Below are positions 28,608-38,807 of a DNA stretch of 64,000 nucleotides, one piece after another. The DNA comes from Veleropilina oligotropha. Its lineage: Eukaryota. Numbering within the stretch: the first letter of the stretch is position 1; every line of letters begins with the position of its first letter. The translations under genes and the position numbers were made by a program. The notes under the pieces were generated by a model. It had not been told where the DNA came from. It saw nothing but the letters and a program-made list of their open reading frames with translations, and ran no database searches. Where the stretch lies: assembly GCA_048128005.1 (NCBI GenBank), contig JBEUKZ010000066.1, forward strand, positions 124,001-188,000, in the 5' to 3' direction.

Positions 28608-29184
28608 TTTTTATGCCACCACCAATTTATTGGGGTGGCATTTAGATTTACTCTTGTCCATCCGTTCGTCCCGTCCCGTCCGTCCGTCCGTCCCAAAACC
28701 AGTATTTGCGTGTAAGCAACTCCAATCTGCTATAACTTCTATTTGCCTTCATGGATTGACTTGATACTTTGTACACTTGCTTATCATCATTCATGCTTCG
28801 CTTCTGCGACCCATCCATGTCGCCGTATGGCCAAGGTCAAGGTCAAATGACTTAGCTCTTCAAACCAGTATTTGCGTGTAAGCAACTCCAATCTGCTATA
28901 ACTTCTATTTGCCTTCATGGATTGACTTGATACTTTGTACACTTGCTTATCATCATTCATGCTTCGCTTCTGCGACCCATCCATGTCGCCGTATGGTCAA
29001 GGTCAAATGACTTAGCTGTTCAAACCAGTATTTGCGTGTAAGCAACTCCAATCTGCTATAACTTCTATTTGCCTTCATGGATTGACTTGATACTTTGTAC
29101 ACTTGCTTATCAAACGATCTTTGCTGCCCCTATGGTCAAGGCTGCCAGTGGGGGCATCCGTGTCCGATGGACACATTTCTAGTT
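28608..29184 (+). mobile_element. Helentron-associated (HINE/pearl-like) element with about 2.5 tandem ~160-bp core repeats
   Basis: tttttatgccacc start, (ccgt)n microsatellite, cores starting at 28697, 28862 and 29022, 3' hairpin gtgtccgatggacac followed by CTAGTT. Confidence 0.75.
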
Positions 29185-29890
29185 TAGACTAATATACTGC
29201 TCAACAAACCTATTAAAATAGTTTGTTATGCATGAGCAGCAAAAACCTCAAGTATTGAGATGTATACATATTTATTACTCGGGTGTTGAAGATATAAGTA
29301 TGTCATAAAAATCTCGTATACAAAATACATCTTATAGGTGTTGGATAAACGATTGCCCTCCGTTCCTCAATTTTGAATGGACAATAGCAATCTGCTGATG
29401 TCAGGTCACGGGACTACTTTTTTCATTGATAAATGTTACAACATTTACTATCAAACAAATGTCTCACGACTGCTGTCGGAACGAGATCTTATAAAGCAAC
29501 GAAAGTATAATTAAAATAACTACAAACTTTGGTAGCATAAATAATAGTAAACATACAATAAAATAGTATAATTTACAAATAATAATTATGACAAAATATA
29601 AAATGAATTTTGACGCGTCGTCTGCTTAGAGTCAAGATGGAGACATCTATATCAAATATCCGTGTTAATGATTGCTGGAAAGAGCGTGGACGAGATATGT
29701 CAGGAGTTCAACCCGTCGGAACGTTCCACTTGTATAATATTAAAACACTGGATGGTCAAATGAGGCAAGTACCACGGTACAAACTTGCGTTGATTCCCGA
29801 AACAGTTTTGTCAGTAACGCCACCCCAACCTCGGGATCGATCATCGATCTTCCAGCCGAAGATTGCGATGAACTGTTTCGTGACGATTTT

Positions 29891-30960
29891 TTGGACGAAA
29901 CTAGTACAAATCTGAAACCACTACAACTTATGATTACGAGTACGACCATTCGAACATTAACAGCTTTAATTATTCAAGAAAACAGAAATCAAAATACATT
30001 GCGAAAGACACAGTACGATTCTAATATTTTGGCCAAATTCATGACACTAAAAGGTGACAACAGACCAGTAGAAAATATATCGCCAAATGAACTATGCGAT
30101 ATCCTATGTAATTACTTCATGTCAATAAAGAAAGCAAATGGTCAAGAGTATGAACCCTCATCACTCACATCAAAGATATCAAGTTTTGATCGGTTTTTAA
30201 AACACAGATGGTACGAAAAATCATTACTGCGGACAGAGAGTTTTTACAGCTTCAGGATATTTTGTCATCAAATCAAAAAACACTTAAAAGTCAAGGGTTT
30301 GGAAATTTACCAAATAGGGCTGAAAGTTTATCCTGTGACGAAATCCAGAAATTATATAATGCCAATGAAATGGGTTGCAACAACCCAGAATCAATCCTAA
30401 ATGTGGTGGAATAACACCCATCACTTCGGCCTTCGAAGTGTTAAACCACACCATATGATGAAATCAGGCGATGTTTCGTTAAAGGTAGACAGCGACGAGA
30501 AAGAATTCCTCGAATATAACAAGCGCCAAACAAAAACACGCACAGGTAGGTGGTGATACCCGGAATGTCCGTGATGTTCCTTCTCGTGCTTGAGAAATGG
30601 GTGACGAACGATCATGTCCTGTATCCATTTATAAGCTGTATACCACCTTAAGGCCGGTAGATTTTCATTCTGCCGATTCGCCGTTTTATCTGCCAACAAT
30701 TTCGAAAGACTCGCCTGCTTAAAACCACCACGCCAACCAGTTGGCCAAAACAAACTTGCTGACACAATGAAACGAATGGCGTTTGCAGTTGGAATCGCTG
30801 GTAAACGTGTCGCAAATCACTCAGCGAGAAAAACGATGATCCAAAATCTTCACGAAAATCCACTGAAATGTCATCCACTGAAATTATGCAGATATCCAGA
30901 CATAAAAATGTACAGAGCGTCAATAACTACAGCAGCATTTCCACCGATCAGTATCGTCAA
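29891..30960 (+). pseudogene. Degenerate Crypton-like tyrosine recombinase (DUF3504/ZMYM-KCTD1-related)
   Basis: NTLRKTQYD...ELCDILCNYFMSIKKANGQEYEPSSLTSKISSFDRFLK, then HFGLRS and NHSARKTMIQNL in other frames; several frameshifts and stops. Confidence 0.75.
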
Positions 30961-31693
30961 CTTAGCAATATCATCAGCTCTCACGTAACAGTCCTCCGTC
31001 GGATAGCGTTGAAATGTCAGCACCTCCACCCTCGATAAATGTCTCGACAACTTCCAATTCACAGTCCTGCTCCATAAATTTAACAGCGACTACAAATTCA
31101 CAGTCTAATCGATGGAATTTCTTAAGTTCTATTTTTTCGGCACAGATTTCTAATTGCACCATCAACATGAAAATAGCTAGCGGAGCATCGAGCCCAAAGC
31201 GCCACAGACAAAACAATGAGCAGTAACAATGAAAACAACAAGAACACCTGATGTATTATGTAAATTTGATGCTATTTTGAAACCTCTGTATCCTTCTGTT
31301 CATTTCACAAATCTCTGTTTGTTTGCTTGTTTGTTTGTCCTTCAAATATCTCGAGAACTGTCGACCCGATTATCTTCAAAGTTGGTGGGTGCATGACTGA
31401 CGACCCCGAGGAGTGCGTATCAAAAGGTCAGTGCCAACGGATTTCGATTAAGGGTGTTTTTTTTTAGCATTTTCCCAAAAAACATAGCGCTATTAAAGGG
31501 CAATTTCAATAGTAGCTAACGTTACCTAACGCTTCTTGGGATAATGAACGAGTTGATAATTTTCGGCATACTAACAAATCAAGTCTCTAAATAAACAAGT
31601 AATTTAGAAAGTACAAGAATACATATTTTGCATTTACATATTAATTCCATACTGCTGTTATTATACTTGTTGTAGATAACCCATTTAACTAAT

Positions 31694-31954
31694 GGCGGCT
31701 TCGGCAGCGCAGTGGGTAGAGGAGAGTCCACTCTAAATTCACTGGCTTGATTCCTTTAATGCGAACAGTAGTGGGTTCAATACCTGGCTGAGGCATTGAC
31801 ATTTGTTAAAGTTATGAATCACAGTTGCCGTGACTGGCCGAAGAGGGCGGGTTTACCCGGGCGACCGGGGTTTCCTCCCGCGATAACACGGACATGTCCT
31901 GCCTTGAACCTCGATGTTGTAAATATACAGGATATTAAGCATCATTCCTCCCCT
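31694..31954 (+). mobile_element. tRNA-derived SINE (family A) with TSD cccatttaacta
   Basis: A-box-like cagcgcagtgggtagag, B-box-like ggttcaatacc, tccc tail; the empty site is seen near 11778. Confidence 0.85.
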
Positions 31955-32309
31955 CCCATTTAACTATTAAAATTAATTTCATTAGGTATAGGATGAATTT
32001 TACTGCATGCACATAACCGTCGCAAATTAAATTAACCCCACACCCCATGTTCGACCAAAGTTGTTATTTACAATGCAAGACAGCAGAGAGCACAAATAAT
32101 AGAATTATTATGATAGATTAACTTTTAGTTAAGTATTATGCAGATTATTCGACGTCTTCGCATGTATTGCAAAGATTTTTTCACAACTGTGAAGAGGAAA
32201 TTTCTACGCAAATGTTCTTGACGTTGACAACAATGATGTTCAGGTCAGTACGCAGAAATACAATATTAAAACTACTATTTCAACAAAAATATCGCGAGTA
32301 ATAAATAAA

Positions 32310-32452
32310 ATACTACACTGGTTGTCGATAGATACCAATTTACGTGATGAGTATATGTCTGACGAGATCTGAACTCGTTTTCGCTTGTTCAGATCTCATC
32401 AGACATATATTCATCACGTAAAAATGGTATCTATCGACAACCAATGTAGTAT
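32310..32452. repeat. ~140-bp palindrome
   Basis: atactacactggttgtcgatagatacc...gagatctgaac is mirrored by gttcagatctc...ggtatctatcgacaaccaatgtagtat. Confidence 0.8.
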
Positions 32453-34121
32453 ATTCTATATATATTTATCATATATCCGGGTCATTTTACATAGTACTAA
32501 AGTGTTTAATAAAAACGATATTACATCCATAAGTGTGTATTATCGACTTTCTTGTAATTTTATTGGACAATTTTATCAATGAAACAATAACATCCAATGA
32601 CAGAGCGGGTCATACAAGGTCATTTACCGACGGACTATATTCTATCATGCTATTTCGGCGATATGCGATAATCGATCAGAAAAACATGGCCACGGTCAAG
32701 AGAAAATACTGCAAATAACGACCAATATTTAGTTGAAATATTAAGTGCAACCATGGTAAGATCGTTTAACTTCCGATAGTCATAGCATACAAAATACAAC
32801 GTAGTAGGCCAAGTTTGCAATTTAGTTTCTGCTAATGCAATCTGTTTCATGTACATTCCAGTCATTATAACGCCATATTGGCATCGATTCTAAGTTATTT
32901 TAGATGGAAATTAACATATTAACGTTGCATTTTTACAAAATTATTCTGGAAACGTTTATAATTGTTAACATATACAAAGCCGACCATTTTATTATTGTTC
33001 TGATGCTTTAATTATATGTAAGCAAACGTATCTTCGTCAACAGCAGACGACAAATTGTGCCGACCTCTTATACGATAAAGCGAAATTGACATACATTAGT
33101 CACGCGCGACACGCATTTCATGTTCTTTGAATAGAGCTTGTTGGATTTAGTATAATATTGATAAAGCGACATTTGTTCTTTTCATAACAACATTTGTTGC
33201 TCTTTATAGTTTATAGAGTGGGTAAAAACGGGATTATTTTTCACACCCAATGCCACTGTCACATTTACAAATTTCACCTTCTGCAATATTACTACGCCGC
33301 ATAATTGTGGTGAAGGGTCAACAAAATTAAAAGCAATGATAAATAGAATCTCACATTCGTGGTCATTTAATATCACATTTATGAAACTCGTTAACTAATT
33401 TTCCTCGGTGAAATGTGATATTAAATGACCACTCATGTGAGTTCCCCTCTTTATCATATATCCGGGTCATTTTACATAGAGCCAAAGTGTTTAATAAAAG
33501 CGATAGTTACACATGTTACTTATGGTTTTCTGTGGAATTTTGATTGGATAATTTAATCAATGGGACCGAACAGCCAATTGTAGAACGGGTCACAAAAGGT
33601 CATTGCCAATAATTGAGGACTTCTTTCAATACTACGATTTTTACTATGAACGTGGCTATTGCAGTGTTGCAGGAATAGTACTCGTATGTGCAACTAACGA
33701 TCAATATTTAGTAAAACTAGAGCTATCACAGTTGTGATCATATGCCCCCACGAAAGCATTTGACCCAGGAACAAGCTGTTGCATACACACATGAAGTCAA
33801 TTAGTATTGGAGATATGGAGCGGAAGGGAATTTTAGACTGAATGCGGTCAAGTGTGGAAAGTAGGTCGCAATGACCTACTTTCAGTACGCGACATACCTT
33901 TCAGTTATGACGCATAAAGACATCAAGTTTCGTGTCCGTTGGTCAAATAGTATGGAAGATATGGAGCGGAAGGCAATTTTGGCCCAAATACGGTCCAGTC
34001 CGAAAAGTAGGTCGCATTGACCTACTTTTGGTACTCTACACACCTTTGGGTTATGACCCATAAAGACATCAAGTTTCGTGTCCCTTGGTCGAACAGTATG
34101 GGAGATATGGAGCAGAACGGA

Positions 34122-34730
34122 ATTATGTCTCCCCTACCCTGTGGGGAGACATTGTTTTTGTACCGTCCGTCCGTCCGTCACGCTTTGGTTTCCGGACGAT
34201 AACTACCATTCCCTTTCAGCGATTTTGTTCATATTTGGTACACAGGTTGCTTATGAGGAGAGGTCGCTTGGGATTTGGGATTGCTTTTCAGGTCGGTGCG
34301 CCAAACGTCATGTGATCTGTTACTAAAAATAGAATTTGGCTCCGAATTGGTTTCCGGACGATAACTACCGTTCCCTTTAAGCGATTTTGTTCATATTTGA
34401 TACACAGGTTGCTTATGAGGAGAGGTCGCTTGGGATTGCTTTTCAGGTCGGACTGCGCCAAAGGTCATGTGATTTGTTACTAAAAATAGAATTTGGGCTC
34501 CGATTTGGTTTCGGGGCGATAACTACCGGTCCCTTTCAGCGATTTTGTTCATATTTTGTACACAGGTTGCTTATGAGAAGAGGTCGCTTGGGATTGCTTT
34601 TCAGGTCGGTGCGCCAAAGGTCACATGACCTGTGGCTAAAAATAAAATTTTCTAAATTTTCGATTGCAATTTCCTTTCTGGATGATAACTACTGTTTATG
34701 CTTAGCAGGCAGGTTGCCTATCAGGATATA
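34122..34730 (+). mobile_element. Helentron-associated element with (ccgt)n and ~160-bp tandem cores
   Basis: ttatgtctcccc...ggggagacat hairpin, ccgtccgtccgtc, and three copies of gataactac...gcgattttgttcatatt. Confidence 0.65.
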
Positions 34731-34961
34731 AGACCCATGGAATTGCATTTGAGGTCAATTGCTTAAATTGTATGCCCATTCTATTAATAATTTTTCTTTT
34801 TGACAATCATGTTTTGGCATGTTGTTTGTGTTCAATGCAAAATGGCAGGCTGCATGATATGTATATTTAAACTTTATTAAGCAGTGTCAAGATTATAGAT
34901 TTCCTTTAATCTGTATAAAATAGTTACCATTGTGTGATATTAATTTTTCCTAATGTGTTGC

Positions 34962-35170
34962 AGCAGCAGGGGGGGTCAGTAGACTTTTTAGAATGGAAAA
35001 ATAAGGCTCCCAGCACTATTTCAGAACTGAGCTGGTATTACTGAGGGGGACTAGGGGCCCAGGTCCCCAGGGGTGGGGGCTCCCAGCACCTGTTCAGACC
35101 CGAGGGTAGGGATTGTATTACAAATGTTACCGTGTGTACAGACAGCGCGTCCGAAAACCAGGTTACCCTA
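34962..35170 (+). repeat. Left terminal inverted repeat (outer ~82 bp identical to the right TIR, inner part diverged)
   Basis: Reverse complement of ~51740-51960. Confidence 0.9.
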
Positions 35171-35345
35171 TGAGCAACAATACCATCGATAGTCTATTCA
35201 AATACTACCTGGTTGCCTAGTTACGTCGCCCGAGTTGACCTAGTAGAAGCGTGCCGTTGATGTAAATACAAGCTATTGTTGTTGAGTGAGTCACTCGACT
35301 GAAATGCATTGCCCAGTATCAAATGAAGGTTGACTGGATACTGGC

Positions 35346-35725
35346 CACATTATAATCAAGGGACAGTTAACTGGACTAAGATCCCGGATTTGGTCAACTC
35401 CACACTATCCACACAGTGTTGTAGGTTTCATTTTAATTAACGTGGTCTACGTTGAGAGTTGTCGTGATTTAATATTCACATCATAAGTGACGAGACACAA
35501 CATCTAAAGCCAGGCATGGACTATTAAGTTTTATCCATGTTAAGGCAACATTATAATCAGGGAAAGTTGACTGGACTAATGATCCAGGATTTAGTCGGCT
35601 CTACAATATGTCTATAGTTTTTGAGGTTTCATTTTAATTAACGTGGTCTACGTTGAGAGTTGTCGTGATTTAATATTCACATCATAAGTGACGAGACACA
35701 ACTTCTAAAGCCTGGCATGGACTAT
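35346..35725 (+). repeat. Two subterminal direct repeats, period ~201 bp
   Basis: cattataatca...aggtttcattttaattaacgtggtctacgttgagagttgtcg...ggcatggactat occurs twice. Confidence 0.85.
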
Positions 35726-35879
35726 GTAGTAGTACTGTCAGGCTTTAGTACTTATGAGCTCGGGCCTACATTGCACTCTTCCACAACGACCTCCTCAGCA
35801 TGCTTTCGAGTATTTCAAATTCTGAGGAGGAAGGCCGCGTGGAAGAAAGGTGGGTCGTGAAGATGGTGGCGCCACCATA

Positions 35880-36495
35880 GGCCAAGAGAGGGTCGTGAAG
35901 ACACCCCAGGCTACGGCTGAAATACAAGGGGGCTTCAAGAGGGCCAACCACCCTCGGGGCCAAGAGAGGGTCGTGAAGACACCCCAGGCTACGGCTGAAA
36001 TACAAAGGGGCTTCAAGAGGGCCAACCACCCTCGGGGCCAAGAGAGGGTCGTGGAGACACCCCAGGCTACGGCTGAAATACAAGGGGGCTTCAAGAGGGT
36101 GGCCGAGAGAGCCCCCGGGCCAAGAGAGGGTCGTGAGGGTGGTGGCCGAGAGGGGAGGCCCCCGGGGGGTGGGTGTGGGTGGCCGCGTCCCAGGGGTGGG
36201 TGGCCCGGGGGTGGGTGGCCCCGGGGGGTGGTTGGCCGAGAGAGGCCCGGGGGTGGGTGGCCGCGGCCCGGGGGTGGGTGGCCCGGGGGTGAGTGGCCTG
36301 GGGGTGGTTGGCCTGGTGGTGGGTGGCCGTGGCCCGGGGGTTGGTGGCCGAGGGTGGCCCGGGGGTGGTTGGCCCGGGGGTGGGTGGCCCGAGGGTTGTT
36401 GGCCGAGAGAGGCCCGGGGGTGGGTGGCCGCGGCCCGGGGGTGGTTGGCCCGGGGGTGGTTGGCCGAGAGAGGCCCCGGGGGTGGTTGGCCCTAG
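35880..36495 (+). repeat. 78-bp tandem repeat (about 3 copies) grading into a G-rich low-complexity array
   Basis: gccaagagagggtcgtg at 35881, 35959 and 36037, followed by many ggcccgggggtgg(g/t)tgg units. Confidence 0.9.
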
Positions 36496-36602
36496 GGAAG
36501 CCTGAAAAATATGTTTCAAGGCAGGGATTCCCCGAGATTGCAGCTGTTATATGAATATGTAGTTACCGCTTGCTAGTGTACAGTTGCAGGGCGAGTGTTG
36601 TC

Positions 36603-36983
36603 CTATCTGACTCCACGAACCCATGCAGCCGGTCGATAGCATTGAGTAGTAATGCCCATGTTTACCACGGCATAAGGATGGCTCAGCGCACTCGATGCAG
36701 ACCACAGTATTTGGGTCAGGAGGAGCCCCCCCCCCACCCCACACTCATTCTCTCCGATAATAAAGTAGTGGCACGAGGGTGGGGAGACATCAGGGGTGGG
36801 GTCTCCCGGGCGAAGAAGCAAGTTTCTACGCAAGGGGTCAAATCGGGCGTTATACCTGGGATGATTTCGGTACCTAGCCCACGTATGTTCGAGAATTAAT
36901 GCAGTGTCATGTCTCGACGCCTGGCTAGAGACACCCCCTAGCCAGCACACCGCGGCAATGCACAGAAGTAGCATGGATTTCAT
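36603..36983 (-). CDS. Hypothetical secreted protein, 126 aa
   Basis: ATG start and a signal-peptide-like N-terminus (MKSMLLLCIAAVCWLGGVSS); last gene of the minus-strand block. Confidence 0.45.
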   Translation of the reverse strand: MKSMLLLCIAAVCWLGGVSSQASRHDTALILEHTWARYRNHPRYNARFDPLRRNLLLRPGDPTPDVSPPSCHYFIIGENECGVGGGLLLTQILWSASSALSHPYAVVNMGITTQCYRPAAWVRGVR

Positions 36984-37065
36984 GGTTGTCCAGATATCAC
37001 TGTCGATTTCTAGCTTTAATACGGGGGAGGAGGGGGGTAGTCGTGGCTACGCTCAACCTGGATAG

Positions 37066-37701
37066 TTAGTCGCCAGCCCCGATTTTTTTCAGCAGCTCTG
37101 CGCGACCCTCTAAACGACCACGCTCAATAAGCTCGCTCTGGGTCTGTGAAATCGCGGTGTGCGCCTTTAGACTTTTGAGACGCAGGGCGGCTTTCAATGT
37201 CAGATACTTTTCCATCTCCCCTGTGACCATTTGGAATTCATCATCAGACATCACCCCGTCCGCTAAGGCCTTTGAGACGTGGTCGGTTATGGTATTCAGT
37301 TTGCTCTCGGCCAGTACTCGGATCTCGTCGTGTTTTTTCGCCTTCACCCCGAGGCGTCGGCTAATGTATTTTCCACCCATACTAGCGAGCCCACACCCTA
37401 ACGCCGCTAATTCCAGCACTAGGACAACGGGTGCGGCAACGATTGTGGAAAGTAGACCAATTCCAGCGCTACCCATACCGAGGGTCGCCACGACCAGGGC
37501 CGAATCGATCCCGTCAACGACGTTAACGCCTCGGCGGTATTTTTTATATAGTGCAGCTCTTGTGTCTCGTTCTCGTTCTAACTGTCCCTGAAGCTCATTC
37601 ACTTTTTGCAGTCGGAAAGACTGTGCCTCCGGAACTTCCGAAAGCACATCGCCATCAAGCTGTGGGTACAGCGTTGGCGCTGATGGCTTGCTGTCCATCA
37701 C
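37066..37701 (-). CDS. Viral membrane protein, 211 aa: coiled coil plus hydrophobic hairpin, with N-terminal PSAP and LYPQL motifs
   Basis: FRLQKVNELQGQLERE...KKYRR helix, then hydrophobic ALVVATLGMGSAGIGLLSTIVAAPVVLVLELAALGCG, then KAKKHDEI; ATGA overlap with the upstream ORF. Confidence 0.75.
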   Translation of the reverse strand: MMDSKPSAPTLYPQLDGDVLSEVPEAQSFRLQKVNELQGQLERERDTRAALYKKYRRGVNVVDGIDSALVVATLGMGSAGIGLLSTIVAAPVVLVLELAALGCGLASMGGKYISRRLGVKAKKHDEIRVLAESKLNTITDHVSKALADGVMSDDEFQMVTGEMEKYLTLKAALRLKSLKAHTAISQTQSELIERGRLEGRAELLKKIGAGD

Positions 37702-38054
37702 AATACTACGTGGCTGTATTGTTCAGCCTGTTGATTCCCCATGTCTACCGTTACGTTCAAATACATGGTCCCCACCCACGGGGCCTTGATGATGAAGACG
37801 AGGGTCAACCTGTCCGAATTCAGGCCAAGCTTACTTATGGAACATGCTTTGGGGCCCCCGGCGGGCTGGACCGGCGTCAGGTGGATCATTAGGAGGGCTG
37901 GGTTTAACCCAAACCGACCTCCAGCGTTTGGGATCATGAACTCCCTCTTCGCCAGCCCCTTCTTGGGCGCTTCCCCACAATTAAGAACGAAGTGCCACCT
38001 GGTTGGGGAAGAGGGCTCATCTGCAAGCAGGGGGAGGGGGGGGGAGGGTCCCAT
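37698..38054 (-). CDS. Hypothetical viral protein, ~118 aa
   Basis: Fills the gap between the penton-like gene and the 211-aa gene; its stop overlaps the next ATG. The start is uncertain because of a C-run. Confidence 0.45.
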   Translation of the reverse strand: MGPSPPLPLLADEPSSPTRWHFVLNCGEAPKKGLAKREFMIPNAGGRFGLNPALLMIHLTPVQPAGGPKACSISKLGLNSDRLTLVFIIKAPWVGTMYLNVTVDMGNQQAEQYSHVVL

Positions 38055-38066
38055 AGATGCTGGCGC

Positions 38067-38800
38067 TCATTGTATCGCAAGGACTGCGGTAATGGGCATG
38101 CCGTGATTGTCGATCGGGTTACCATCTGCGTCTGTGACATACACCTTCAATTCGGTGAGTGACCCGGCCTGTAGTCGCCGGCCGGCGGGGTAGCTCTGAT
38201 AGTGGCCTGCCTCACCGAACATCTGCGACGTTATAGGGACCACCGCGAGAACATTGCTCGGGGCGCCGTCCTTCACATTGTGGGTTGTACTGAGCTGATC
38301 CAAGTGAACGTGTAGGGTCGGCGCTATGGCAAACCCGACAGGCTTGTTCCCGTCATAAGTCCCAGGGCGTAGCCACTCGGATCTCTCCGGAGGGGGAGGT
38401 CGGCCCCGTACTCCAATGGGTGGGTTCAGATTCCCCGATTTATCGAGAATGAACGAAGAAAGGTCTAAGCCTAGGAGTTTCCTGATATCGTCGCTTATCG
38501 CGAGTCGGGTCCCCTCTGGGACCACGATTCGGGCGAGCCCTGTAGCATGGCTTACGTCTAGCTGTATGTTCTTTAGCGACCTCTTCATCGTCTTGGCGAG
38601 GTCATCGAAGCTGTAGAAACCTGGCGGCACCTCGACCGTGGTATCGGGGGTCTTAAAGAAGGCTCCGGCGTGCACGTTGTGCCAGCCGACCCAATAGTCG
38701 AGCGACTGCAAGCTGACACATAGCTTGCCCTCCCGGTTATCAATCGGTTAAGGAGGGCAACCGCGGTCCCATCTTGAACACTCGTTAATGTATGGAACAT
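38067..38800 (-). pseudogene. Putative minor capsid protein (penton-like), frameshifted near 38750
   Basis: ATG at 38800 (MFHTLTSVQDGTAVAL) shifts frame into PIDNREGKLCVSLQSLDYWVGWHNV...VPPGFYSFDDL...ELKVYVTDADGNPIDNHGMPITAVLAI, which resembles the C-terminus of Polinton minor capsid proteins. Confidence 0.65.
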
Positions 38801-38807
38801 AGTAGCT

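Noticed and set aside
35720..35740. gtagtagta here and tactacta near 51706, considered as inner canonical AGTAGT Polinton termini
   Set aside because: The inverted similarity does not extend and there is no TSD; the outer AGCAGC termini have both.
35766..36554. Gly/Pro/Trp-rich ORFs (234 aa and overlapping frames)
   Set aside because: Open in several frames on both strands because of G-rich repeats; no independent coding signal.
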